From the human T2T-CHM13v2.0 reference genome, Homo sapiens, in assembly GCF_009914755.1 (NCBI RefSeq), contig NC_060944.1: 64,000 nt of DNA, one strand, 5' to 3'. Made by a program: the position numbers and the translations under genes. Position 1 is the stretch's first letter; every line of letters begins with the position of its first letter. Below the pieces are notes generated by a model. It saw only the letters and a list, made by a program, of their open reading frames with translations, was not told the origin of the DNA and ran no database searches. Below, one piece after another: positions 1-11,714 of this stretch.

Positions 1-1055
1 CCGTCTGGGATGTGAGGAGCGCCTCTGCCCGGCCGCGACCCCATCTGGGAGGTGAGGAGCATCTCTGCCTGGCCGCCCTGTCTGAGAAGTGAGGAGACCC
101 TCCGCCCGGCAGCTGCCCCATCTGAGAAGTGAGGAGCCCCTCCGCCCGGCAGCCGCCCTGTCTGGGACGTGAGGAGCGTCTCCGCCCGGCACCCCGTCCG
201 GGAGGGAGGTGGGGGTCAGCCCCCGCCAGGCCAGCCACCCCATCCGGGAGGGAGGTGGGGGTCGGCCACCGCCCGGCCAGCCGCCCGGTCCGGGAGGGAG
301 GTGGGGGGTCAGCCCCCGCCCGGCCAGCCGCCCCATCCGGGAGGGAGGTGGGGGTCGGCCACCGCCCGGCCAGCCTGGTCCGGGAGGGAGGTGGGGGGGT
401 CAGCCCCCGCCCGGCCAGCCGCCCCATCTGGGAGGTGAGGGGCGCCTCTGCCCGGCCGCCCCTACTGGGAAGTGAGGAGCCCCTCTGCCCGGCCACCACC
501 CCGTCTGGGAAGTGTACCCAGAAGCTCATTGAGAACGGGCCATGATGACAATGGCAGTTTTGTGGAATAGAAAAGGGGGAAAGCTGGGGAAAAGATTGAG
601 AAATCGGATGGTTGCTGTGTCTGTGTAGAAAGAAGTAGACATGGGAAACTTTTCATTTTGTTCTGTACTAAGAAAAGTTCTTCTGCCTTGGGATCCTGTT
701 GATCTATGACCTTACCCCCAACCTTGTGCTCTCTGAAACATGTGCTGTGTCCACTCAGGGTTAAATGGATTAAGGGTGGTGCAAGATGTGCTTTGTTAAA
801 CGGATGCTTGAAGGCAACATGCTCGTTAAGAGTCATCACCACTCCTTAATCTCAAGTACCCAGGGACACAAACACTGCGGAAGGCCGCAGGGTCCTCTGC
901 CTAGGAAAACCAGAGACCTTTGTTCACTTGTTTATCTGCTGACCTTCCCTCCACTATTGTCCTATGACCCTGCCAAATCCCCCTCTGCGAGAAACACCCA
1001 AGAATGATCAATAAAACAAACAAACAAAAAACAAAAACAAACAAACAAACAAAAA
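1..1055 (+). mobile_element. SVA retrotransposon, 3' part (VNTR + SINE-R + poly(A) decayed to (AAAC)n); 5' end lies outside the window; probably SVA_D-like
   Basis: GC-rich VNTR units (gccccgtccgggagggaggtggggg, gtgaggagcgcctctgcccggcc) at 1-~520; HERV-K-derived SINE-R ending gagaaacacccaagaatgatcAATAAA (~1010-1015); A-rich tail to ~1055. Confidence 0.95.
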
Positions 1056-1058
1056 GAG

Positions 1059-1128
1059 TAGAGTTGTCAGGTCAAACATAGGACCCTCAGTCAAATGTGA
1101 ATTTCAGATAAACAGTGAATAATTTTTT
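1059..1128. mobile_element. MER53-like hAT MITE fragment (one arm)
   Basis: tagagttgtcag...aaatgtgaatttcagataaacagtgaataattttttt resembles the MER53 terminal arm as I recall it. Confidence 0.55.
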
Positions 1129-1250
1129 TGGCAAAAAAAAAAAAAAGAAGAAGAAGGAATTTTCAATAGTCCCACTTGTCAAGGGAAGACCATCTTTTAA
1201 CCTTCAACAGCAGCGAAAGCCGTGTGAACTCTTGGTGAACCAAGATTGAA

Positions 1251-1329
1251 GTCATAAATCACGCATACAAAGGCGGCTGAGGAGGCTGGCGCGGGCTGCT
1301 GCACCTTTAACGCTTTCTGGGGCTGACAG
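1251..1329 (-). promoter_or_regulatory. Candidate PBX-HOX plus MEIS/TALE composite site
   Basis: GTCATAAATCA at 1251-1261 (reverse complement TGATTTATGAC) and TGACAG at 1324-1329; motif match only. Confidence 0.3.
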
Positions 1330-2929
1330 GCGGCGGCCCAGCTAAAGTTCATAGCGCCCGGGGAGAGTCGCCTCCGCCTCCCCTCCCGCCCCCGCCTCCC
1401 CTCCCCCAGGCCGGCCCCGCCCCCGGCCCCGGACCAGTCCGCCGCAAGGCCGCCTGAGCTGCGAGCTGAGGAGGCCCCTTGGCTGTTCCTGCAAAGGGCC
1501 AGGGGGCGCATTTTCTCTCCTGCCAGCCAGCTCCAGCCTGGTCGTTTATTCCTGGACTTCCCTCATCCCCCACCCCCACAGCCTGCTGTATGTAAATAGG
1601 GAAATAGATCTACACGGACACAATAATTTAGCTTGTTTGGTCTTTGGCATTTTCTACAAGACCCCAAGAGATGGACTTTCCTCTCCCCTTCCTCCTTTTA
1701 GAAATGGCATCCTTCATCACTGTCTATGCATGCCCAATTATCCAGATCCCCGGGGCTCCAATAGGGTCTGAGTCATTGGAACCAGGAACACCTGGCTGAA
1801 ACATGCCACATAATTAGATTTTCTTTTTCTTTACCTTTTCTTTCTTATTTTTATAAGAGGGCCGGAATTAGTCTCTTCGACTGGGGCGGAGTAGCTGGGA
1901 TGTGGGAAAGGAACATCTTCATACAACTTCCAGCTTTCAGCCCCTTGGAGAGATCTCCAAGTTCCCCCGAGCCGCCAGGACTTCCTTTCCTCGATCTCTC
2001 GGCCGCCTCCTCCTCCTTCTCCGATCTTTTTTCCCCCTCCCCCCACTGTCTTCTCTATGGTTAAATTAAAGTTCAGCGTCTCCACTTGCCTCTCCTCTCA
2101 TTTCTTTCGGAAAGCGGAAACCAGACGACCCAGCGGCCATGGGACGAGCCGCCCCAACTCAACCCCAGCAGGACGCTGGAGGGGCCTCCCTCCCCCGCCT
2201 CTCTTCGCCGGCGCTGGCCTCCCGCACCCGGGTCTGCAGTCCCTCCGCCATCTCGCAGGTGTGCGGCCGCTAGGCCTGGGGGATCCGAATGACTGGGGCT
2301 GGATAGGAATGCCTTCGTGTTTCCCAAGACCCCTGGGCCTGCTCCACAAAGTTTGAAGGGTGGGTACACACCGACCCAGGCAAGTTGCTCCCCCAAACCC
2401 ATGACTGACTAATCTGATATGACAAAAGCCCATGATGGATTTGGTATATGTTAATTCACAATGCCCTTTCCTCCAGAATTTAACTATAAGTTAATACACA
2501 CCGGAAACCACGCGCATACACGCTCCTTAATGGGCTTAGGTATTAGCGAGTCCTAACGATGCATACAAATGTGCTCTGCGCTCTGTAGAACCCTCAAGAT
2601 TTATGTGCCTTGAGCTCTCTGAAGCTGTAAACAAGGAGAAAAAAAAAAAAGAGAAAGCGAAAGCGACTGGGGGGAAGAGACAGAGGCCTGACTCGCCCCT
2701 CCAGGTTGTGGAGAGAAGGGATTCTTTATGTATTTTCCTTTCCTTGCAAGCTCGGTGCGTGTGGGTTTTGGCGTTGGTCTGGGGGTGGTGTTCTGCCTGA
2801 ATGCTGGTGTGCGTGGGCAGTGTGTTGTTTGAGTGCTGCGGTAGGATGCCTGCCTCTTCGGATTGCTGTGCAGGGGCCTGAACACAGCAGGCATTTGTGA
2901 GCATATATGCATGAGTGTGCACTGTGTTA

Positions 2930-2985
2930 GGGTGTGTGTGTGTGTATGTGCGTGTGAGAAAGAGAGAGAGACAGAGAGGGAGAGG
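2930..2985. repeat. (TG)n/(GA)n microsatellite
   Basis: Direct reading. Confidence 0.85.
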
Positions 2986-3040
2986 CAGGCTTCCCCCTGG
3001 GCCAGGCTGCTGTCCCCTGAACAGTGGTGAACAAATCTCT

Positions 3041-3125
3041 AACAACAATCATAATAACAATAAATAATGAATAATAATAATAAAACAGTAGTTAACAGTC
3101 CCTCCATAACAGAATAACAATAAAA
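3041..3125. repeat. Degenerate (AAT/AAC)n microsatellite
   Basis: aacaacaatcataataacaataaataatgaataataataa. Confidence 0.75.
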
Positions 3126-4104
3126 TGCAAGAGGAAATATTTTGAGGTGGAGATAGAAGGAGTCAGGATCACAGCATCTGAGGGGGAGATAGGAAAGGAA
3201 GGGAGGAAGAAATCTTAATATGCTCTTGGTGGGGCTGGGGTTGGGAACCCCTTTCCCAGACAAGGGACGGAAGAGGGGAAGGAGAGCCAGAGGCCACTCT
3301 TTATTGCTTTTTTTCTCAGGCTTCTGCTTTGTGTGATCAGGGAAGGGATCCCACATATGGGAATGGTTAGTGGCTTTTGGGACTCTCCAGGAGCCTCTGT
3401 TTTAAGAATGAGGCCAAATGTGCAGGCTCAGGCCAAGCGGCAGAGATGAATGAGGTGATGACCACAGCCTTGATCCGGCAGGAGCTCAGAGATGCCCGGG
3501 AAGACGGGGGGCCCGAACGGAAGCAGAAAAACACTTATGGCCGCTGGGAAGTTGGGAGAGCGAGGCTGGGGCTCTGGCAGGCCCAGGGAAAGTTCCCTGT
3601 CTAGGCTCTTTATTAAAAAATTTAAAAGGAGGAGTTGAGGCACCTTGAATATTCCTTCGCGAGTTTGGAGACTAGCCGATTTTTCATGAAGCAAGCAAAG
3701 ACCGCGGTCCCGGATCCTGCAACTTCTACCTCATTTTCTCCAGGTACAGTTTTCTGGTCGTTTAATTAGTTTGTTTTCTTGGCGGTGATGGGAATCACAG
3801 GCGTAGAGATAATAAGTTTGCTAGAGAGGAAGCCACCCCACAGTTTCGGGTCTAACAAAATCCCTCCTTTAAAAACATTTGTACCCCCAATAAAAATAAA
3901 ATTAAAGAGGAATATAGAAGCACAAATTAGCCAACTTTTTTAAAAGAGAAAAAAGAAAAGAAAATCATCGTAACAAATGAGCGTGAGAACTTCTAAAAAA
4001 TTTGTCACGAACCCTTTCAGAGGTCTGGATTCTTTTCCAGTAGCCGGTGACACATTTGGTCTGAAAAGAGAAATACACTATCCACTGAGTCACTTATTTA
4101 AAGC

Positions 4105-4107
<3 letters not shown>

Positions 4108-4165
<58 letters not shown>

Positions 4166-4166
4166 C
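4108..4166. repeat. (CA)n microsatellite
   Basis: Long near-perfect CA run. Confidence 0.95.
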
Positions 4167-4779
4167 ATTCAGAAAGCTCTGGGTGCCCTCACATTTGAAA
4201 ACAACACCTGGTGGAGGACGCTGCGATACCTAATTGGACAAAACAGCAATAAAATAAGACCAGTGGAAGTGCTGAGCACAGGGCGCAGGGCTAGGGCCCA
4301 GGTTTTGTGTTCAGGCCTGCGGCGAGGCAGCGGCCCTGGGCGATGGGGCGCCGGGCGGTCAGGCACCGGCTGGCGACTCCGCTAGGCCTCCGAAGCCCGG
4401 CCTGCAGACCCTTTCTCCCAACCTCTGTGCCTCGTGGGCTCTCTCCGCTCCGACGCCTGGTCGGGGCTTCCCTGTTGAGAGGGTTTTAGGCAGAAGGGCC
4501 AAACGACTCAAGCCAGACTCTGCTTTTTCATTTTTCTCCCTTAGGCCTCTCCACTTGCCCGAGCTCTCAGCCACCAGGAGACAGACGGAAGGGGCTTCTG
4601 GATTGCGTTGGGAGCGGGCACTGTCCCCTACCCACTCCTGCTCAGTTTCCCAAAGTCCAGCGACTTCCAACCCTCCTTGGGGGGAAAAATACCAGTACCC
4701 AGACACCTTTGCACCCTGTTATATGACTTGGCTTGCTTCAGGAATATCTTACAAAGAAGAAGAAGAAGAAAGAACGGCT

Positions 4780-5560
4780 TGGAGTCATGTTTACATCTAG
4801 TTCTACTGATCCGTTCACATCTGGAGAGTTTATTTATAACTCCCTCTATAACTCTCTGTTTGGAGACACTGTGGCTCTATTGACAGACTGATATCTAGGA
4901 AATATTGCTCTATGTCTAACCGTACCTAAATGTGCTGTGGTTGTATTTACAGATTTATGTTTGAGGGAAATATAACTATTTCCATTGTATTTGTGCATAT
5001 ACAGTAGTTATAGGAGCAGATTTATATATGGGAAAATATACGACTCTCTTACAGCCATCCAGCTTTATGTACATTTGATATCCTGACAGATTTATATCTC
5101 TGAACAGCTATATAGATAAAAACGTATATTGTTAGAATTATGTATCAGAAGATATATACTTATTGATTGTGAAATAGAGTAGTTAGAGCATTCATTTAGA
5201 GCCATATATGGCTATGGAGATATTGCTATATTATTATCACTATATATAGGCATATCTATTTATAACTACATAGTTATAAAAATACATATAAGTAATTACA
5301 GTCCTATATGTGCATGCTGCAATCTCTCTCTAGAGTTATAGACACTTTCAAATATAACTCTATAGAGAGATCTGTATGTATATAAGGTGTAATTATCTTG
5401 TGATGTGTTTACATTGGGACTTAGGCCCGTCTGTCTAGAACACACATATTTATATGTAGGGGCTGGGAGAGACTTGTTCATAGATATCTGCAGAGGGCCA
5501 ACTGGAAACACTGTATCTGCCCTCTAGGAAACCAGCTAGGAGAGTTGTGTACTTACGGAG
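4780..5560. repeat. TA-rich low-complexity block
   Basis: Dense atatat/tatag motifs with no clear unit. Confidence 0.6.
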
Positions 5561-5640
5561 GGATGGAGTTACAAAAGGTAAATAGAGCTTAGTGAGCCTT
5601 AAGGAGGGGAGGTGAATGGAGGGTGGGTAGGCGGTGGGCT

Positions 5641-7406
5641 CCCCCAGGCGGAGACGGGGGAAGCAGCAGGGGCTCCCAGCCTCAGGCCTGCCCGGACGGT
5701 GTTGGTTGGAGTGAGTCTCCCCAAATGTCGTGCCGCCGTCCGTGATCTCGAGGACCGGTTGGCCTGCGTGCCCCTGGGCTGCTCTTTCACCCGGGGGTCG
5801 TTCTGGTTGACAGCAGAACCCCGCAGCCTCAGGGGTTGCCTGGTGGTGTGTGTTTCAATGCCTCTGCTGTATGACCCTTTGTTTGTGTGTGTGTGTGTCT
5901 CCCATTCTCCCTTCTCTCTCTGTCTCTCAGTCTCTGTGTGTTTCTTTCCCACTCTCTGTGGGTTTGTGTGTGTGTGCCCGTGTGCTTGTGTGTCTTTGGC
6001 TGAATATGCCCTGTGAACCACAGAGCTGTCTCTTGCATGGCGGCCTGTCTTTGTTGAACCTCTTTCTGTGTCTCTGCCTGGGTCATGAGGCCGGTTGTCA
6101 ATCGTTTTCGCCCCCGCGGATCTGCTTTGGCTGCGTGAAAGCCTGGCCCACGTGAGAAGATGCGTCGGTCTTGGAGCAATTGATGTCTCGTCCCCATCCT
6201 GAGCGTCCTCTTTTCTAGCATCAAGAGGAACACACTGCAGATGAGGACAAGAGCCCCACAGGAGCTCTTTGTCCCACAGGAGATCAGCGGACCCACGTCA
6301 GAGAAGATGCTTGAGTCTTTTCGTGGCTCTTCTCTGAGAAATGAAGCCACACCACGATACAGTCAGCAAGAGGAAGCCAGGAATGAGAGATGGCAACAAT
6401 CCCTGTCCCTGGAACGCTGGCCTCCCTGCACAAGCCACCCTTTAGGAACCCCACCCCTTATGCCTGTGACGGTGGCAAGGTGCTGTATCCTGCCTGGGCT
6501 CCGGCCTCTGCTCTGTCCTCCCTCTTGCTCTGCCTCCCCTGTTTCTCAGGGACCTGGATGCCTCTCGCTCTGGCCAAATGCCTTCAACTAAGATGACTTC
6601 CCACTCCGTCAGGGAGACACTTCCTGGAGACCCGTGTCGTGATTGTTTGTCTCTCCAAATGTGTTTCTGCTTGATTGGGCAGGTCTCATGGCCCGGGAAC
6701 ACTTGGCTTCCATAGGTGTCTCAGGCAGGTGTCTTCTCCACGTTTCCCCTCATGGGTGGGTGGATTACCTAGAATGAGCGCTAGGCGACCGTGACTGGCC
6801 TTGTCTTCCAGGACAGGTGGTGTCGCATTTCCTCTGCACTTCCTGTCTCATTCTTGAGGGACATCCTCTCCTCTGCTCCTGGGTGGACTGAACCCCTTGA
6901 TCTTCTGGCCGAAACGAATGTAAGGGAAACAAAGGTACTGGTCTAGGGCTGGGGGCTGGGGCTGGGGCTCTGTGCAGCCGAAGTTGCGTCAGGGCTGCCA
7001 GGGCCTTGGAGGGTTGGGGTTGGGGCGAATTTTGCAGAAACCTCTTTGCTCCTCCGGTAGGCATTCGAAAACGTGGCTTGGGTCAGTCACAGGCCCCCCC
7101 CACACCCCTCGGGTCCCAGGTGTTTTCGATTTTCCTTGGCATTGATGGAAATGTCACCTGTTTTCCCCTTCCACCGGCACACGCCTGGACAACACCCTTT
7201 GTTTCGCCGTCGCCCCGTATGCCTCCGGTGACACACATTAACACCAACTGCTGTGGGATAGGCCAGGGCCACGCGTAGTCACATGGTCTCTGCCTCGGGT
7301 TTGCTCCTGTTCCTCTTTGCAGGTGTCCTGTAAAGCCCTGTCGGCTTACCGGAGCCCCAGGGCTTTTAGAAGTGGGGCAGGCCACTGCTCTTTCAAAGGA
7401 GGAGGG
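5641..7406 (-). repeat. SST1/NBL2 (FAM27-type) macrosatellite, inverted partial unit
   Basis: Reverse complement of ~8261-10083; near-identical ORF translations on opposite strands (6241..6591+ vs 9040..9375-; 6442..6702- vs 9025..9240+). Confidence 0.8.
5829..6221 (-). other. FAM27D/E-like 130-codon ORF inside the macrosatellite; probably lncRNA-class and not a true protein
   Basis: ATG at 6221: [10 protein letters not shown]...LTTGLMTQAETQKEVQQRQAAM...ERNTQRLRDRERRENGRHTHT closely resembles the predicted FAM27D1/FAM27E3 products as I recall them; the exact paralog is not determinable. Confidence 0.55.
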
Positions 7407-7822
7407 CATTGAAAAACACACCTCCAGGCAATCCCTGAGGCTATGGGGTTCTGCTCTCGATGAGAACGACCCTCGGGCGAGAGAGCAGCCCAGGAGCATG
7501 CAGGCCGAACTGTCCTAGAGATCACGGACCGAGGCACGAATTCTGGGGAGACTCACCCCAACCAACACCATCCGGGCAGGCCTGAGGCTGGGTTCCTGTG
7601 CTGCTTCCCCCGTCTCCGCTGGGCTTTCCTCATGGTGGTCGGCCCTTTGCGACTCCTGGCATCTGGAGACATTCCCGTCGACCCCGTGAAGTTGTTAGGC
7701 CGGAGCCTCAGATCCCCGAAACCCAAGCACGCCAGGGAGGGCTCCTGCTTCGCCAAGCCTCGGAGACTGGTTTCTAAGACAACCGTGGGAACCACTGTGA
7801 CGGGAGAAGCCGCTCGCGCCTC

Positions 7823-7890
7823 GCGCATGCGCATTGGGTGAGACGATTTGCGCTCCACTCCTGAGAGATAGGCTGCGTCCCCTTTAAATA
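7823..7890 (+). promoter_or_regulatory. Putative Pol II promoter module: NRF1 site, inverted CCAAT box, TATA-like box
   Basis: GCGCATGCGC at 7823-7832, ATTGG at 7833-7837, TTTAAATA at 7883-7890, followed by a CpG-rich stretch and the donor CTG|GTGAGG at 8163/8164. Confidence 0.55.
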
Positions 7891-9461
7891 TCGCCACTGC
7901 CGCGCGGCGGCCGCGATGCTCCTGCTGCCGCCGCGGCGGCGGCTGGATCCTGGGTCCTGTTTGGGGCGGTGTGGGAGAGGGGGCCGCGGGTGTCTCGTCC
8001 TGTCCCAGGCCCAAACCCCCAGGAGTCCTGTCCTCAGGACCTCCTTGAGCCGACTTCCACTGAGGGAGGGGGAGCTTCAGGACGCCTGCTGTGTTCTCCG
8101 GACTCCCGTTGAGATCCGATTTTGGCCCCCTCCCAGTGAGATAGGATGGGCTCACCACATCTGGTGAGGCAGACAGGGCCTCGCTGCAGCACAGAATGAT
8201 CCCGTAGGTCTCAAGGCCTGGTGTCAGCTGCAAATTCACTGATCCATCAGCCCTCTGCCTCCCTCCTCCTTTGAAAGAGCAGTGGCCTGCCCCGCTTCTA
8301 AAAGCCCTGGGGATCCGGAAAGCCGACCGCGCTTTACAGGTCAACTGCAAAGAGGAACAGAGGCGAATCCTAGGTGGAGACCATGTGACCACGCGTGGCA
8401 CTGGCCTATCCCACAGCAGTTGGTGTTAATGTGTGTCACCGGAGGCATACAGGGCGATGGCGAAACAAAGGGTGCTGTCCAGGCATGTGCAGGTGGAAGG
8501 GGGAAACGGGTGACCTTTCCATCAATGCCAAGGAAAATCAAAGAACACCTGTGACCCCGTGGGTCGGGGTGCTGCCTGTGCCTGAGCCAAGCCACGTTTT
8601 CAAATGCCTACCGGAGGAGCAAAGAGGTTTCTGCAAAATTCGCAACAACCCCAATCCTCCACCAACCCGGTAGCCCTGACGCAACATCGGCTGCACCCAG
8701 CCCCAGCCCCAGCCCCAGCCCCCAGCCCTAGCCCAGTCCCTTTGGTTCCCTGACATTCGTTTTGGCCAGAAGATCAAGGGAGTCAGTCCACCCAGGAGCA
8801 GAGGAGAGGATGTCCCTCAAGAATGAGACAGGAAGTGCAGAGGAAATGCGACACCACCTGTCGTGGAAGACAAGGCCAGTCACGGTCGTCTAGAGCTCAT
8901 TCTAGGCAATCCACCCACCCATGAGGGGAAATGTGGAGAAGAAGGAAGCTTCCCTGCCTGAGACACCTATGGAAGCCAAGAGCTCCCGGGTCATTAGACC
9001 TACCCAATCAAGCGGAAATACTTTTTGAAAGAGAAACAATCACGACACGGGTCTCCAGGAAGTGTCTCCCTGACGGAGTGGGAAGTCATCTTTGTTGAAG
9101 GCATTTGGCCAGAGCGAGAGGCATCCAGGCCCCTGAGAAACAGGGGAGGCAGAGCAAAAGGGAGGACAGAGCAGAGGCCGGAGCCCAGGCAGGATACAGC
9201 ACCTTGCCACCGTCACAGGCATAAGGGGTGGGGTTCCTAAAGGGTGGCTTGTGCAGGGAGGCCAGCGTTCCAGGGACAGGGATTGTTGCCATCTCTCATT
9301 CCTGGCTTCCTCTTGCTGACTGTATTGTGGTGTGGCTTCATTTCTCAGAGAAGAGCCATGAAAAGACACAAGCATCTTCTCTGACGTGGGTCCGCTGCTC
9401 TCCTGTGGGACAAAGAGCTCCTGTTGGGGCTCTTGTCCTCGTCTGCAGTGGGTTCATCTTG

Positions 9462-9866
9462 ATCCTAGAAAAGAGGCCACTCAGGATGGGGATGAGACTT
9501 CAATTGCTCCGGGACCCAAGCATCTCCTCACGTGGGCCAGGCTTTCACCCACCCAAAGCAGATCTGCGGGGGCGAAAATGATTGACAACCGGCCTCATGA
9601 CCCAGGCAGAGACGCAGAAAGAGGCTCAACAAAGACAGGCCGCCATGCGAGAAACCGCTGTGTGGTGCACAGGGCACATTCAGCCAAAGACACACACGCA
9701 CAAGGGCACACACACACAAACCCACAGAGAGTGGGAAAGAAACACACAGAGACTGAGAGACAGAGAGAGAAGAGAGAATGGGAGACACACACACAGACAC
9801 ACACAGGCTCACACACACACATACACACACAGACTCACACACAGAGTCATCCAGCAGAAGTATTGA
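9462..9866 (+). pseudogene. Disabled FAM27D/E-like reading frame
   Basis: Same peptide as the minus-strand copy, but the start is ATC (9462-9464) and an in-frame TGA lies at 9579-9581 where the other copy has Arg. Confidence 0.55.
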
Positions 9867-11714
9867 AATACACACCCCCAGGTAACCCCTGAGACTGCGG
9901 GATTCTACTCTCGACGAGAACGACCCTCCGATGAGAGAGCAGCCCAGGGGCACGCAGGCCGACCTGTCTTAGAGATCACGGATGGCGGCACGACTTTTGG
10001 GGAGAGTCACCCCAACCAACACCGTCCGGGCAGGCCTGAGGCTGGGATGCTGTGCTGCTTTTCCCGGACTCCGCCTGGGGTTTCCTCATCCTGTTTGGCG
10101 CTTTGCGACTCCTGGCATCTGGAGACGTTCCCGTCGACCCCGTGGAGAGGTCAGGCCGGAGCCTCAGAACCCTGACACCCATGGACTGCCGCGGAGGGCT
10201 CCTGCTTTTCTAAGCCTCGGGGACTGGTTTCTAAGACAACCGTGGAACCACTGTGATGGGAAAAGCCACTCGCGCCTCGCCCAGGAGCATTGGCTGGGCG
10301 GACTCGCGCTCCGCTCCTGGCAGGCAGGCTGCGTCCCCTTTAAATAATGGCAGCGCTGCGGGGTGGCAGCGAGGCTCCTGCTGCAGCCGCGGAGTCGGCT
10401 GCATCCGGGGTCCAATTTGAGGCAGAGTGGGAGAGGGGCCCCGGGTATATTGTCCCAGGGCAAAAGCCCCAGGAGTCCTGTCCTCAGGACCTCCTTGAGC
10501 CGACTTCCACCGATGGAGCGGGAGCTTCAGGAGGCTTGCTGTGTTCTCAGGACTCCCCTTCAGATCCATTTTGGCCTGCTGAATGAGATAGGATGGGCTC
10601 ACTACATCTGGTGAGGCCGTAGGGCCTCGCTGCAGCACAGAATAATCCCATAAGTCTCAAGGCCTAGTGTCAGCTGCACTTTCACTGATCCATCAGCCCT
10701 CTGCTTCCTTCCTCCTTTGAAAGAGCAGTGGCCTGCCCCGCTTCTAAAAGCCCTGGGGCTCCGGAAAGCCGACCGCGCTTTATGGGACTGGTAGAAAGAG
10801 GATCAGGGGTGAATCCGAGATGGAGACCATGTGACCACGCGTGGCACTGGTGTATCCCACAGCAGATGGTGTGAATGTGTGTCACCGGAGGCATACATTG
10901 TGATGGCGAAACCAACAATGGTGTCCAGGAATGTGCCCGGTCGAAGGGGGGAATGAGTGACCTTTCCATCAATGCCAAGGAAAATCAAAGAACACCTGGG
11001 AACGAGGAGGGTGCCTGTGCCTTAGTCCAAGCCACATTTTGAAATGCCTGCCAGAGGATTAAAGAGGTTTTGGCAAAATTCACCCCACCCCCAACCCTCC
11101 ATGGCCCAGGTAGCCCTGACCCAACCTCCCCTGCAACCAGCCGCAGACCCAGCCCCAGCCCCAGCCCAGTCCCTTTGGTTCCTTTCCCCGACATTCGTTA
11201 TGGTCAAAAGATCCAGAGACTCAGTCCACCCAGGAGCAGAGGAGAGGATGTCTCTCACGAATGAGACATGAAGTGCAGAGGAAATGCGACACCACCTGTC
11301 CTAGAAGACAAGGCCTGTCACGGTCGACTAGCGCTCATTCCAGGCAATCCACCCACCCATGAGGTGAAACACGGAGAGGAAGGAAGCTTCCCTGTCTGAG
11401 AGAAGTATGGAAGCCAAGAGCTCCAGGGTCGTCTATCCTGCCCCATCAAGCAGAAACAGGTTGAAAGAGATAAACGATCACGACAGGGATCTCCAGTAAG
11501 TGTCTCCCTGACGGACTGGGTTGTGATCATTGTTGAAGACATTCAGCGAGAGCGAGAGGCATCTAGGCCCCTCAGAAACAGGGGAGACAGAGCAAGAGGC
11601 AGGACAAAGCAGAGGCCAAAGCCCAGGCAGGATACAGCACTGTGCCACTGCCACGGCCATGAGGGGAGGGGTACCAAAAATGTGGCTTTTCCAGAAAGGC
11701 CAGCGTTCCAGTGA

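Larger units (their letters stand above)
1150..4700. promoter_or_regulatory. CpG-island-like, non-repetitive GC-rich block, probably a segmentally duplicated regulatory/lncRNA region
   Basis: CpG-dense patches at ~1270-1510, 1960-2290 and 4280-4470; GC boxes at 1375-1430; strong + strand splice acceptors at 3318-3319 and 4543-4544; no convincing coding ORF. Confidence 0.5.

Noticed and set aside
129-1007. Pro/Gly/Arg-rich ORFs
   Set aside because: Translations of the SVA VNTR and SINE-R
1197-4883. Many overlapping 60-170 aa ORFs in the CpG block
   Set aside because: Low-complexity, overlapping in several frames, no recognisable domain
7553-8401. 282-aa minus-strand ORF
   Set aside because: Stop-poor GC-rich satellite sequence; not kept intact in the neighbouring unit and no recognisable domain
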